This document shows, piece by piece, positions 15,383-25,400 of a DNA stretch of 37,034 nt. The DNA comes from a virus (Duplodnaviria; Caudoviricetes): positions 1 through 37,034 of IMG/VR virus record IMGVR_UViG_3300044670_000659; one strand, written 5' to 3'. The notes under the pieces were generated by a model. It made no database searches. It saw only the letters and a program-made list of their open reading frames with translations, and was not told where the DNA came from. The translations under genes were made by a program, and so were the position numbers. Every line of letters starts with the position of its first letter. The first letter of the stretch is position 1.

Positions 15383-15511
15383 ATGGCAAAGAAAGTAGAA
15401 ACCCGAGTCGTCCGTACCAAGACAAAGCGTCGGACATTTCCCGTAGGACGCCGCCACTCCAAGAAGATTGGCCGTAGATCAACGATCTTCCGTAAGCGCG
15501 GCAACCAGTAA
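15383..15511 (+). CDS. Small Arg/Lys-rich protein (42 aa)
   Basis: MAKKVETRVVRTKTKRR...; fills the gap between the FkbM and thyX genes. Confidence 0.5.
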   Translation: MAKKVETRVVRTKTKRRTFPVGRRHSKKIGRRSTIFRKRGNQ

Positions 15512-15526
15512 CCACCGGAGAATTAC

Positions 15527-16171
15527 ATGCAAGTTACCCTCATAAACTCAATGGGGACAGACCAGACTGTTGTCGATGCTGCGCGTGTGTCGTTTGCCAA
15601 GAAGGCAGACAATTACACCGAGGCCCAGAACGAGAAGCTGATCCAGTATCTGGCCCGACACAATCATTGGACGCCATTCGGTCACGCACAGGCGACCTTC
15701 CATATTGAGGCACCCATCTTCGTTGCCAGACAACTTGTCAAGCATCAGGTCGGACTGGTCTGGAACGAGGTGTCACGTCGGTACGTAGACGACAAGCCTC
15801 GCTTCTTCAGTCCGTCCTCGTGGCGTCCCCGGTCTCAGGACAAGAAGCAGGGATCGGACAAGCACGACATAATTCCTGATATGCGTCAGGCGTGGAAGGT
15901 GTATGAGTCCGCGATCCACAACATCAGTAAGACCTACGGCATCCTGCTTGAGATGGGTGTCGCCCCGGAACAGGCCCGGATGGTACTGCCCCAGTCGATG
16001 ATGACTGAGTGGTACTGGACCGGAAGTCTGGCAGCGTGGTCTCGTGTCTGTCGCCTTCGTGTCTCCGACGACGCACAGGCCGAGACAGAGCGGATTGCGC
16101 TGGACATCAGCCGTGAAATGAAACACTTATTCCCCGTATCATGGGCAGCACTGGAGGAAAATAATGGCTGA
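15527..16171 (+). CDS. thyX: Flavin-dependent thymidylate synthase
   Basis: AARVSF, HWTPF, ARQLVKHQ...NEVSRRYV, EQARMVLP, AQAE. Confidence 0.95.
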   Translation: MQVTLINSMGTDQTVVDAARVSFAKKADNYTEAQNEKLIQYLARHNHWTPFGHAQATFHIEAPIFVARQLVKHQVGLVWNEVSRRYVDDKPRFFSPSSWRPRSQDKKQGSDKHDIIPDMRQAWKVYESAIHNISKTYGILLEMGVAPEQARMVLPQSMMTEWYWTGSLAAWSRVCRLRVSDDAQAETERIALDISREMKHLFPVSWAALEENNG

Positions 16172-16352
16172 ACCACAGGACTATCTCAAAAGCAAATTGG
16201 CGAGTCAGCGACTCGTGCATAAAATCAAAAATTACTATGCCGACCGTGGCTCTCCCAACGTCCGTGTCTGGGTCGAGGAGGAAACGGTGGGCCGTCAGAA
16301 AATCTATCAAGTCAGGTCTAACCTGCGCTTCACCGTGCCGGAGATAAATTAA
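16164..16352 (+). CDS. Hypothetical protein
   Basis: GGAGG RBS; TAATG-coupled to the RNR gene. Confidence 0.7.
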   Translation: MAEPQDYLKSKLASQRLVHKIKNYYADRGSPNVRVWVEEETVGRQKIYQVRSNLRFTVPEIN

Positions 16353-18256
16353 TGTTGTCCAACCACCTACCAACGCAGTACCAGCAGTTTATTGCACTGT
16401 CCCGCTATGCCCGATGGCTTCCCGATGAGGGCCGTAGAGAGACATGGTCTGAGACGGTGGATCGTTACGTGGACAACGTCGTTGCCCGGCGCATCGACGA
16501 CGAGGCAGTCGTGGAGGAACTGCGCGAGGCTATCCTGTCACTGTCCATCATGCCGTCCATGCGTATGATGATGACTGCCGGACCTGCCCTCGACCGTGAC
16601 AACACTGCCGGATACAACTGCTCGTACCTTGCAGTGGACGACATGAAGGCGTTCGATGAGGCCATGATGATCCTGCTGTGCGGGACTGGTGTCGGCTTCT
16701 CTGTCGAGCGTCAGCACATCGCCCACCTGCCCGAGGTTCCTGATCAGCTATTCGACTCCGAGGATGTCATCGTCGTTCACGACTCGAAGGAAGGCTGGGC
16801 CAAGGCGTATCGCAAGGTCATTGCCATGCTCTACTCTGGTGAGATTCCGAAGTGGGATGTGTCAAAAGTCCGTCCGTCCGGTGCCAAGCTGAAGACATTC
16901 GGTGGCCGTGCCTCGGGTCCGGAGCCACTGGTTGATCTCTTCCGGTTTACCATCAACGTCTTCCGGGGTGCCGTGGGTCGTCGCCTGAACAGCATCGAGT
17001 GCCACGACGTGATGTGCAAGATCGGTGACATCGTTGTCGTCGGCGGTGTACGCCGTTCGGCCATGATCAGCCTGTCGAACCTGTCCGATGATCGGATGCG
17101 TCATGCCAAGTCTGGTCAGTGGTGGGAGCAGAATGCTCAACGTGCACTGGCAAACAACTCCGTGGTCTACACCGAGAAGCCGGATGTCGAGTCCTTCCTC
17201 CGTGAATGGACAGCACTGGTCGAGTCCAAGTCTGGTGAGCGTGGCATCTTCGCCCGTTACGCAGCAGACAAACATGTCGAGAACCATGGTCGTCGCAAGG
17301 CAGGGTACGAGTGGGGGACGAACCCATGCTCCGAGATCATCCTCCGCAACAACCAGTTCTGTAACCTGACAGAGTGCGTCGTCCGGTCCACCGACACTGT
17401 CGAGTCGCTGAAGAACAAGGTACGTCTTGCCACGATCCTCGGCACTGTCCAGTCTACCTATACCAAGTTCCCGTACCTGCGTCGTGTCTGGACGAAGAAC
17501 ACGGAGGAGGAACGTCTCCTCGGTGTCAGCCTGACAGGAATCATGGACTCGGTGGTGACCAGTCATCCCGACCCGGAGGTTCTTGCCGAACTGCGACAGA
17601 TTGCTGTGGATACTAACAAGGAATGGGCCGAGATTCTGGACATTCCGCAGTCTGCTGCAATTACCTGCGTCAAGCCGTCCGGTACTGTCTCGCAGCTGGT
17701 CGATGCCGGATCCGGTATCCATGCCCGACACAGCCCGTACTACGTCAGGACAGTACGTGGAGATGTCAAAGACCCTTTGACGCAGCTTATGATTGACGAG
17801 GGTGTCCCGGCAGAGCCGGAGGTATTTCATCCTGAATCAACCATGGTCTTCTCGTTCCCGGTCAAGTCGCCTGAGTATGCGGTTACCCGTAACGACATGA
17901 CCGCACTGGAACAGCTGGAACTCTGGAAGGCGTATGCTGTCGGCTGGTGTGAACACAAGCCTTCGGTAACCATCAGCGTCCGTGATGAGGAATGGCTTGA
18001 GGTTGGTGCATGGGTCTACAAAAACTTCGACCTGTGCAGCGGCATCAGTTTCCTCCCACACTCTGATCACACCTACCAACAGGCACCGTATCAGGACTGT
18101 GACGAGGAGACGTATCAGGAACTGCTCGACAGGATGCCAAAGATGATTGACTGGGATCGTCTGGGCGAGTACGAAGCAGAAGACAACACGGCAGGGTCTC
18201 AGACACTGGCCTGTGTTGGGGGAGTATGTGAAATTGTCGATCTCGGCGCAGCGTAA
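16352..18256 (+). CDS. nrdJ: Class II (adenosylcobalamin-dependent) ribonucleotide reductase
   Basis: YNCSY, GGVRRSA, TNPCSEI, FCNL, KPSGT, C-terminal CVGGVC; no beta-subunit gene nearby. Confidence 0.9.
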   Translation: MLSNHLPTQYQQFIALSRYARWLPDEGRRETWSETVDRYVDNVVARRIDDEAVVEELREAILSLSIMPSMRMMMTAGPALDRDNTAGYNCSYLAVDDMKAFDEAMMILLCGTGVGFSVERQHIAHLPEVPDQLFDSEDVIVVHDSKEGWAKAYRKVIAMLYSGEIPKWDVSKVRPSGAKLKTFGGRASGPEPLVDLFRFTINVFRGAVGRRLNSIECHDVMCKIGDIVVVGGVRRSAMISLSNLSDDRMRHAKSGQWWEQNAQRALANNSVVYTEKPDVESFLREWTALVESKSGERGIFARYAADKHVENHGRRKAGYEWGTNPCSEIILRNNQFCNLTECVVRSTDTVESLKNKVRLATILGTVQSTYTKFPYLRRVWTKNTEEERLLGVSLTGIMDSVVTSHPDPEVLAELRQIAVDTNKEWAEILDIPQSAAITCVKPSGTVSQLVDAGSGIHARHSPYYVRTVRGDVKDPLTQLMIDEGVPAEPEVFHPESTMVFSFPVKSPEYAVTRNDMTALEQLELWKAYAVGWCEHKPSVTISVRDEEWLEVGAWVYKNFDLCSGISFLPHSDHTYQQAPYQDCDEETYQELLDRMPKMIDWDRLGEYEAEDNTAGSQTLACVGGVCEIVDLGAA

Positions 18257-18374
18257 ATGTCAGGCCGCATGTCGGCTTGATGAGGAGAAAGAGTACTGCA
18301 TAGGATGCGGTCGTACAGTCGAGGAAATTCGACAGGCCTATCGAGACTACGTAAAGTCAACCAAGGAGAAGTAA
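18228..18374 (+). CDS. DUF1289-like Cys-rich small protein
   Basis: CQAACRLD...YCIGCGRTVEEI; start uncertain. Confidence 0.65.
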   Translation: MKLSISAQRKCQAACRLDEEKEYCIGCGRTVEEIRQAYRDYVKSTKEK

Positions 18375-18557
18375 ATGTTAGAATTAGTTCTTGCCATCAT
18401 GCTGGGCATCGGCACCTTTCTGGGTCTGCCGTCCGGTGACGTGAACGAATACGGTCAGCCACAAATCTACGGCTGGGGTAACCAGACCATCGACAAGTTC
18501 GGCAACACCGCCGCAGATCGTGAGCGTCTGGCTGCTGAGAAAGCAGAAGGTAAGTAA
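18375..18557 (+). CDS. Small membrane/exported protein
   Basis: AAGGAG RBS; hydrophobic N-terminus. Confidence 0.7.
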   Translation: MLELVLAIMLGIGTFLGLPSGDVNEYGQPQIYGWGNQTIDKFGNTAADRERLAAEKAEGK

Positions 18558-18601
18558 AAAAAGTCTTTGTGAAGGTTGTCGTCTCTGATGATTATGTCCT
18601 C

Positions 18602-19369
18602 ATGGATATATTCATTGGATACGACGCCTCCACTGTCGAGGCCTATGTCGCATGTACCGGGTCGATTCGAGAGAACACCCGCACAGAGGCTCCGGTAATC
18701 CACGGCCTCAATCACCGCAAACTTCGCGCCGACGGACTGTTCGACCGTCAATGGTCGGTAGACGAAATCGGACAATACTGGGATCAGGAAGATGGTCGCC
18801 CGTTCTCGACGGAGTTTTCATTCACCCGTTTCTGCACTATCCCACTAGCCCGTCGCAGGAGAATCAAGGATTGGGTCATGTTTTGTGACTCGGATTTTAT
18901 CTTCCAGCACGATCTCTCCAAGCTGTTCGACTACTGCCGAGGCTACCCCGACAAAGCCCTGATGACTGTCCAGTTCGACTGGCAACCCGAGGAGGGTGCA
19001 GTCAAGATGGATGGACGACAGCAGAGTCAGTACAGCAGGAAGTTGTGGTCATCGCTGATGATGATCAACATGAGCCACCCGTCCAACTCCAAGCTGACAA
19101 CTGAGGTGGTCAACAGTGCGTCCGGTACACGTCTGCACAATTTCTTCTGGCTCGACGAATCGGAGATCGGGTGTCTCCCCGCGCAATGGAATTGGATCGA
19201 AGGGGTCAGCGATGCCAATACTGTACCGGCAGGAATCCACTTCAGTCACGGACTGCCGACACATCCCGGCTATGCCAACTGCCGGTACGCCACAGAATGG
19301 TGGGAGTATCTGCACCGGCAGCTGACCCACCTTGGCGACTCACAAAATTTTGAAGGGCTTCAGCCATGA
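18602..19369 (+). CDS. GT-A fold (GT8-like) glycosyltransferase
   Basis: IFIGYD, STEFSFTRF, FCDSD (DxD), RKLWSS, WNW, IHFSHGLP. Confidence 0.8.
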   Translation: MDIFIGYDASTVEAYVACTGSIRENTRTEAPVIHGLNHRKLRADGLFDRQWSVDEIGQYWDQEDGRPFSTEFSFTRFCTIPLARRRRIKDWVMFCDSDFIFQHDLSKLFDYCRGYPDKALMTVQFDWQPEEGAVKMDGRQQSQYSRKLWSSLMMINMSHPSNSKLTTEVVNSASGTRLHNFFWLDESEIGCLPAQWNWIEGVSDANTVPAGIHFSHGLPTHPGYANCRYATEWWEYLHRQLTHLGDSQNFEGLQP

Positions 19370-20997
19370 ACAAGTACGTATTGGTAACGTCGTTCAACGA
19401 GGACGGCTACGAGAAGTATGGCCGACGGATGCTGGAGTCTGTTGCCCGGTACTGGTCTGAGGATATCGACATCCGTGTCTGGTACCACGACTTCGATCTG
19501 CTAGAGCAGGACGGTCTGCCCGAGGCAGATCATATCAGCTACCACAATCTGAATGATGTCTCCGAACTGATCCTGTTCCGCAACAGGATGAAAGATTACG
19601 AGCCACCGAACTGGCGTATGGACGTGGTCAAGTTCTGTCACAAGGTCTACGCCATCACCCAGACGTGTCGTAGCCTTGTCTCAGACCCCGAAGATCAGAC
19701 ACCCTACAGTCTGCTCTGGATCGACGGAGACACAGTAACAACTGGTCCTGTCACCGCTGACTGGCTAGACACATTCATCGACACAGAGACCGATGTCACC
19801 CTGCTGGAGCGTCCCGTCGCTGACTATGCCGAGACATCCTTCATGCGGTTCGCCCTCTGGCCGGATCGTGAAGCAGCCTTCAACGTGCTGGAAGATGTCC
19901 GTTCGGCATACGACAGTCTGGAAGTTCGTGGATATCGTGAGTGGCACGACGGCTTTGTCTTCCAGCGTATCATCAACCTGCATCAGAATCATGGATTGAT
20001 GGTGCAAAATCTTTCGCCTAATGCTACAACACTCGACGCATTCCATACGTCACCGCTGTCTGAACGCATGGAGCATTTCAAGGGAGCAAAGAAAGATGGC
20101 CCTGTTGAGCCACCTAAAGAAATTCCAATCATGGTGCAGCCCCGTGACTCTATGCCGGATGATTATATCAAGAATAACATCGTGGAAAACGCTGGACTTA
20201 TCGGGAAGTGGGTGGAAAGGTGCCGAGTCCATAACGGACGAGGAGTGGTGGTATCGGCGGGGCCGTCGGTAGACTACGATCTGCTTCGTCAGGAATACTA
20301 CGACGGAAAGTTCGTCAGCAAGAGTCACATCCTCTGCGTCAAACATGCGCTGCCCCGGATGCACGAGGCCGGTATCGTCCCGTGGGGATGTATTGTCCTC
20401 GACCCACGTCCCATCGACGGCGAGTCCACGCACGGCGTACTCCGCAAAGACCTGTTCGAGAACATCGACAAGCGGACGATCTTCTTTGTCGCGTCCATGA
20501 CAGACCCGTCGGTGACCAGACACCTGATCGAGAAGGGTGCGACAATCATCGGCTTCCACGCCTATTCCAACGCCATCCAGCGTGTCGCTTCTGAGGAGGA
20601 CTTCCCCCTCGATCCGGATACCGTCTACATCACGGGCGGTACGTGTGCTGCAACCCGTGCTGTAGGTCTCCTCCACACCCTCGGGTTCCGTGATGCAACC
20701 GTGATCGGTCTGGATGGTTCATTCCCGGAGCCGCCGGACGAGGAGAAGGGCGACAAGATTACCAGTCACGACGGGAAGGAACGGGAGAAGTATCTGTCAG
20801 TCAAGATCAACGACAAGTCGTTCTGGACGACCGGCGAACTACTTGCCATGGCGCAGGATTGCGAACGTCTGTTTGACAGAACCGACATGGATATGGAACT
20901 GTCGTTCATCGGGGAGGACACGCTCTGCGCCGAGACGTGGAAGAACCGTAAGATACGTGAACTTAAAGACCTGAAGGATATTGCCCGTGGGTATTGA
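19366..20997 (+). CDS. Glycosyltransferase-like domain fused to a DUF115 (Maf/MptE-like) domain
   Basis: N-half: VTSF, KFCHKVYA, WIDGD, EWHDGFVF, HFKG. C-half: VVSAGPS, IVLDP, ITGG, LGFR...IGLD. Confidence 0.65.
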   Translation: MNKYVLVTSFNEDGYEKYGRRMLESVARYWSEDIDIRVWYHDFDLLEQDGLPEADHISYHNLNDVSELILFRNRMKDYEPPNWRMDVVKFCHKVYAITQTCRSLVSDPEDQTPYSLLWIDGDTVTTGPVTADWLDTFIDTETDVTLLERPVADYAETSFMRFALWPDREAAFNVLEDVRSAYDSLEVRGYREWHDGFVFQRIINLHQNHGLMVQNLSPNATTLDAFHTSPLSERMEHFKGAKKDGPVEPPKEIPIMVQPRDSMPDDYIKNNIVENAGLIGKWVERCRVHNGRGVVVSAGPSVDYDLLRQEYYDGKFVSKSHILCVKHALPRMHEAGIVPWGCIVLDPRPIDGESTHGVLRKDLFENIDKRTIFFVASMTDPSVTRHLIEKGATIIGFHAYSNAIQRVASEEDFPLDPDTVYITGGTCAATRAVGLLHTLGFRDATVIGLDGSFPEPPDEEKGDKITSHDGKEREKYLSVKINDKSFWTTGELLAMAQDCERLFDRTDMDMELSFIGEDTLCAETWKNRKIRELKDLKDIARGY

Positions 20998-21670
20998 GAC
21001 AACGACGTACCGTCTGCTCCAGCAGATAGAACCGAAGGACAAGACGTGCCTGTGTCTGGGCTACTCCGATCTGCTGGTTGACCCTGCACTGATCGAAGGT
21101 GAGTACACCGAACTGGAGGACGCCGACAAGATTCGGTCGTGGCATAACTGGCCGCACCCGGTGTACGACACAACAGAAGTGTTGACCTCTGAACTAGGAT
21201 TTCAGAAAATAGACTATGTAGATATTGTTCAGGCGCGTGGTCCGGAGCGTATCGTTGACCTCAACTATCCCGCTGACTGGGAGGAAGAATATGATGTCGT
21301 TATTGACGGCGGTACTGCCGAGCATTGCTTCAACATCGGACAGGTATTTGCTAATATCCTTTCCGCTGTTCGACCTGATGGCGGCGTGGTCGTCCATGTA
21401 AATCCGCTGAACATGATGAACCATGGCTTCTGGAACATCAGTCCCACAGCCTATGCTGACTTCTACCGGGACAATGGCTTCGAGATGCTGGGCGGATGTG
21501 GCGTAACCGGCCCTATGTCAGGACGACAGGTCGTACCATACGACAAGAACCATCTCTACGGCAGGTTTCAGTTCGAGCAGCCTGTCGAGATGACGAACAT
21601 CATGGCGTTCCGTCGGACCACAAAGGTCAACGGCCCCGTAATCTGGCCCATGCAGAGTAAATATCGATGA
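20987..21670 (+). CDS. Class I SAM-dependent methyltransferase-like protein
   Basis: VDLN...YDVVIDGGTAEHCFN...PDGG...HGF; GTG start after GAAGGA. Confidence 0.7.
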   Translation: MGIETTTYRLLQQIEPKDKTCLCLGYSDLLVDPALIEGEYTELEDADKIRSWHNWPHPVYDTTEVLTSELGFQKIDYVDIVQARGPERIVDLNYPADWEEEYDVVIDGGTAEHCFNIGQVFANILSAVRPDGGVVVHVNPLNMMNHGFWNISPTAYADFYRDNGFEMLGGCGVTGPMSGRQVVPYDKNHLYGRFQFEQPVEMTNIMAFRRTTKVNGPVIWPMQSKYR

Positions 21671-21960
21671 GTGATGACAAGGATAAGGTAGTCTACCTGA
21701 AGGGGAAGCAGCAGGTTCCCAGCCCGGAGGAGGATCAGGCCGAGGCTTTGCGTACCATGGCGGAGTGTCTTAGCATAGTATCGGCCAAGGTAGCCTCTGA
21801 ACAGGTTGACGGCATAATTGTGATAACCTTTAACAAAGACAGCACGTCAGAAGACTACCTCGTAGGCCAACTGAATATGGCGGAAGTTACTCACGTACTT
21901 CAATGCCTACTCGTCAACAATGTTCTGATGACGCAGATAGACTTTCGAGACTTGGAATAG
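21667..21960 (+). CDS. Hypothetical protein
   Basis: ATGA overlap; 97 aa. Confidence 0.7.
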   Translation: MSDDKDKVVYLKGKQQVPSPEEDQAEALRTMAECLSIVSAKVASEQVDGIIVITFNKDSTSEDYLVGQLNMAEVTHVLQCLLVNNVLMTQIDFRDLE

Positions 21961-21963
21961 ACT

Positions 21964-22410
21964 ATGCTTGGTGGAATCCCTCTAGAACTTGTCACAATGC
22001 TTGGCAGCAGCCTGTTGGGCGGCTTCATGACCCTCTGGTCTCAGAACATGAAGTCGAAGCAGGAGGCCTTCCAGAGGGCCATAGACGGCCTTGCAGCGCA
22101 GTCCAAGGCTACGGACGAGGCTCGTAGGTACGAGAACAAGGGATTCCAAGTTACCCGCCGTATCATCGCCCTGTCGGCTATCGGTGCGGTCATTGTCTGG
22201 CCGAAGGTTGTCCCCGTATTCTGGCCTGACATGCCAGTCATCGTCGGCTGGACCGAATGGAAGCCGGGATTTCTATTCTTGATCGAGGGTGAAGAGCAGA
22301 CAGTCTGGCAGACAATGAAGGGGCTGGTCATTACCCCGCTAGATACGCATCTTGTCTCTGCTATTACTGGACTCTACTTCGGCGCGTCCATGGTGAAGAA
22401 CGCCAAGTAG
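21964..22410 (+). CDS. Membrane protein, holin-like
   Basis: Three hydrophobic segments, C-terminal AITGLYFG; last gene of the + arm. Confidence 0.55.
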   Translation: MLGGIPLELVTMLGSSLLGGFMTLWSQNMKSKQEAFQRAIDGLAAQSKATDEARRYENKGFQVTRRIIALSAIGAVIVWPKVVPVFWPDMPVIVGWTEWKPGFLFLIEGEEQTVWQTMKGLVITPLDTHLVSAITGLYFGASMVKNAK

Positions 22411-22411
22411 T

Positions 22412-25400
22412 TTAGATATCCGTAAAATCACTAATGTCAATGGTCCCATCGAGGATGCCCTCTTCGATATCTTTTACAATCTGTCGGCGTGTTGAGGGGT
22501 TTGCCCCAATAAATGGAATCATCCTAACCAGTTCTTTTGCCAGAGGCGTGGCATTTCCTGTAGTAATGAAGGCACTTGCTGCCTTGGCAATCCGTTCAGT
22601 CTGACCCGCCGCCGGACCAGCCAGAGAAATTAGTGGGCTTACCCCATATTTCGGTGCTTTGACCGCATCAAATAGCATGGTGTACGGGCCGAAGAGGTTG
22701 CTGCTAATAAATGCCTCAGTCCAAAACTCAGGACCATAAGCATCATAGTCTTCATCTTCATCGTCCCAGTTTCGCAAAGCATCCTTGAACATCTTCAGGA
22801 ACCCTGCTGCTCCGGTAAGTAGCGTGAAGGCGACAGTAAACTGGAACAAACGCTTTGCACGTTCCTGAACATCAAGTGGTTCTCCCTCAAGATTCTTTGA
22901 TCTGATAAGTTCGTTGTAGGCTCGGGCACCAACAACATTCCCGAAGACAAACATAAAACTTTTCAGCTGTGCGACAGGAGCCAGAGCAGGATTAGACATC
23001 CAGAGCGGACGATTGACGATGTTAGGCGTCATGATAAAGTCATCGACAATCCTGATGTCTGCAATCTGTCTGGCCTCTGGCGTTATATTATCCAGATTCT
23101 TCAGCCCCAATTCAGACAGCCGACGTTCAGCGTTTTTCTTGTCCCTAATTCCTGCCTTCGTCGAAGGAATGCCACGAGCAATAGCCAGATCACGATCAAT
23201 GGCGCGTTTACCTGCAAAGTAAGCTAATGCACGACTGAACTGTGTTACCTGTGCAAGAAGGTTCAGCTTAAAGTATTTCTCTGTTACAATGTTAGAGACG
23301 TCCACAGCTGAAGACGAGATCAGACGTTCCGACAGGACAGAATCAATACCGTACAGCAATTTAGAAAATTCTTTTTCTGTTTCTGACTTTGAAAGACGAG
23401 GAAAAATTTCCCGAATACTTTTTCGATACGCCACGTTCAACGCTTTTGGAATGGCATAGAACAAATCACCCGGACGGGCACGGCTCAGAATAATAATAGG
23501 TTCTGACAGCGCAGTAATACCTGCTGTGGACAGTGTTAGTATGTACTCTGCCTGAATTAGTTTACTTAGGAATCCGCGCCAATCACCGGGGACACCATAC
23601 GGATTGTACCTGCCCTGAAGCGCGTCGTAAATTTCTCTGCCACGAGTTACAGCAGTTCGCACATCCGGGTCTGCATTGAGTTCTGCAATCCGCTTCATGT
23701 CAGAGCCAAAGCTATCCCCGAACAAGGTCTTCATGGCGATAGAATTGGCAGCTTGTTGTGCGTATCTGGTATTTACATTGAACACGTCGTCATCAATCAG
23801 TCCGTCACGGAACAGCTGATCGGTGATCTTTCGTGGCAGCGTACGTTCTTTCTCAAACCCTGCTTCCTTACGAACCGCACCGACGACTGAACCGCGCATC
23901 GCCAAGTCTCTGGATGTAAACTGTACGTCGCTGCCCTTCTCCGCCAACTCAAAATCTTTGACGATGTTACGGGCAATTCGTTCGGCCTGAGAACGTGATA
24001 TACCGGGAACTTTTGAGACGGAATCAACAAACTGCTGAATCCCCTTCTCACCTTTCCTGACCCATTTATGACTGGCCGACATATATCCGGGAAGATAGTC
24101 TTCGTTGGTAAAAATACCTGCGTTGACCAGTTCCTTAAAAATTCTGTCGTTGTTTTTCTTCAGCGTGTTTGCAGCATTTAGAATCGCAGATCGTTCATCT
24201 TCTCTAAAGTTGTTGAGAATCTTTTTAATTTCTTCATTGACCGTGATGTCTTCGTCAATGGCGTTTCGACTAAAGTTAAGAATCTGAGCGATGCCCTGCT
24301 TACGCGGTTTAGATACCGACGAGGTCAGCGGAATCTTAACTGCCTTGGCAACAGTCTGGGCAGCGTCATAGATAGGGTTGATAAAGTCTGCTGATATATT
24401 CTTAACGATAGGATCGTAGTTGTTCATCCTAGCGACAACCTGCGGAAGAACTCCGGTCGTGTCTTTTGCTGCACCGACAGCCATCGGCGTGGTTGCCTGT
24501 GTTCCGAGACGAACAAAAGGAGACAAAAGACTTTTGCCCGATGCTATCTTAGACGTTCTAGTAACTGCTCGAACCTGTCCTTGGTTTCCAATATCTGCAC
24601 TGGTCAGATTACGCTGTCGAACAGCAGGAGCAACTTGGTTCAGTTTCTTCTTGGCAGAGTTAATAACATTTTGCTGGGCCTTCAGAGCCTTAAATTGTTT
24701 TGTGCCTTTCTTTGTCTTTTTCAACGCCTCTTTAACAGCGGTACGTTTAGACTCCACTTCCTGCTGTAGGTCGGCAAAGGTAACTTCTTCAGAATTTTCT
24801 GCCAGACCCTGAACAGCGTCGCTAATCTCTTTCAGTACGTTTGCATCCGTATCAGTCTGTCCGGCAATAATGTCTTCAAATATCTCTCGTTCACTTGCAA
24901 CAGCAGGACCTTCCAGTGCTTCAGCTTCAGCAGCTGCCTCGGCCCCTTCCTGCGTCTCGGGCCGTACCGTGGTGAACGGACCAGTAACACCAGCAATCGT
25001 ACCACCAGCACCAGCACCTGCCAGTGTAGCCTCAGTTAGACGTCGCTTAGATTCTGGGGTGCGAAGTGCCTCAACATCAAAGTCATTGGCCTGTAGAATC
25101 GTCAGGGCTTCCTGCGTAAGTTCTGTAGAACCTTCAATACCTGTACCGGCAACGACTTTGGTCAGGGTATTCTGAATGGCTTTCGGACTTCCCTTGAATG
25201 GAAGCAGTCTGTTTATAAGGCTGTCTGCCAAGGACTGTCCAACAGCTGTCGTCATGGCTGCGTTGAGTTCGCTATCTGTAAGATTCTCTCGACCAGTCGC
25301 TCGTTTTGTCTCGGCCACGTTCTCACCGACAAACGACAAATACAGGGCACCAGCACCTCCACCAATGGCCCCAAGCAGAGAGCCTACCGGACCAAAGGCA

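Noticed and set aside
16862-17830. 322-aa antisense ORF within nrdJ (and similar long shadow ORFs elsewhere)
   Set aside because: Typical antisense shadow of a GC3-rich gene; no RBS or domain.
16352-18256. Intein or intron in RNR (also checked polA and primase-helicase)
   Set aside because: Lengths are compact and motifs contiguous; no intein splice motifs or frame breaks.
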